64,000 nucleotides of DNA from Ascidiella aspersa (taxonomy: Eukaryota): contig OZ004607.1 of assembly GCA_963924565.1 (NCBI GenBank), forward strand, positions 4,712,001 through 4,776,000. Reading direction: 5' to 3'. Numbering within the stretch: position 1 is the first letter of the stretch; every line of letters starts with the position of its first letter. The notes beneath the pieces were generated by a model. It worked only from the letters and a program-made list of their open reading frames with translations. It was not told the origin of the DNA and did not search any database. Made by a program: the position numbers and the translations under genes. Below, piece by piece: positions 63,972 to 64,000 of this stretch.

Positions 63972-64000
63972 ACTTAAACGGACAGTAGTCGGATACGGCG

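Overview
This is eukaryotic, metazoan-like DNA. A tunicate or other invertebrate chordate is my guess, which I cannot verify from the window. It has four parts. (1) About 1-26 kb is gene-free, with roughly 20 GC/CpG-rich, motif-dense islands separated by AT-rich, MITE-rich spacers, as expected of a developmental-gene regulatory landscape. (2) About 27-41 kb holds the 3' half of a minus-strand BCAS3 orthologue: 7 exons rebuilt by hand, phase-consistent, including the RRLWMGPQF motif. No 5' WD40 exons are recognisable up to 64 kb. (3) About 54-61 kb holds four tandem, intronless, minus-strand Galpha i/o-like genes, possibly nested in a BCAS3 intron. All four have Glu at the P-loop Gly equivalent to Galphai1 G42/Ras G12. 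Two have degenerate G3 motifs, and all have remodelled Cys-rich C-termini. This is the best candidate for an undescribed system: an atypical, possibly receptor-independent or pseudo-GTPase Galpha family. (4) Repeats include hAT-type MITEs with 8-bp TSDs, an inverted pair of tRNA-derived repeats, and several minimal type-I hammerhead ribozyme motifs of the Penelope-like type, including a fold-back with one on each strand.
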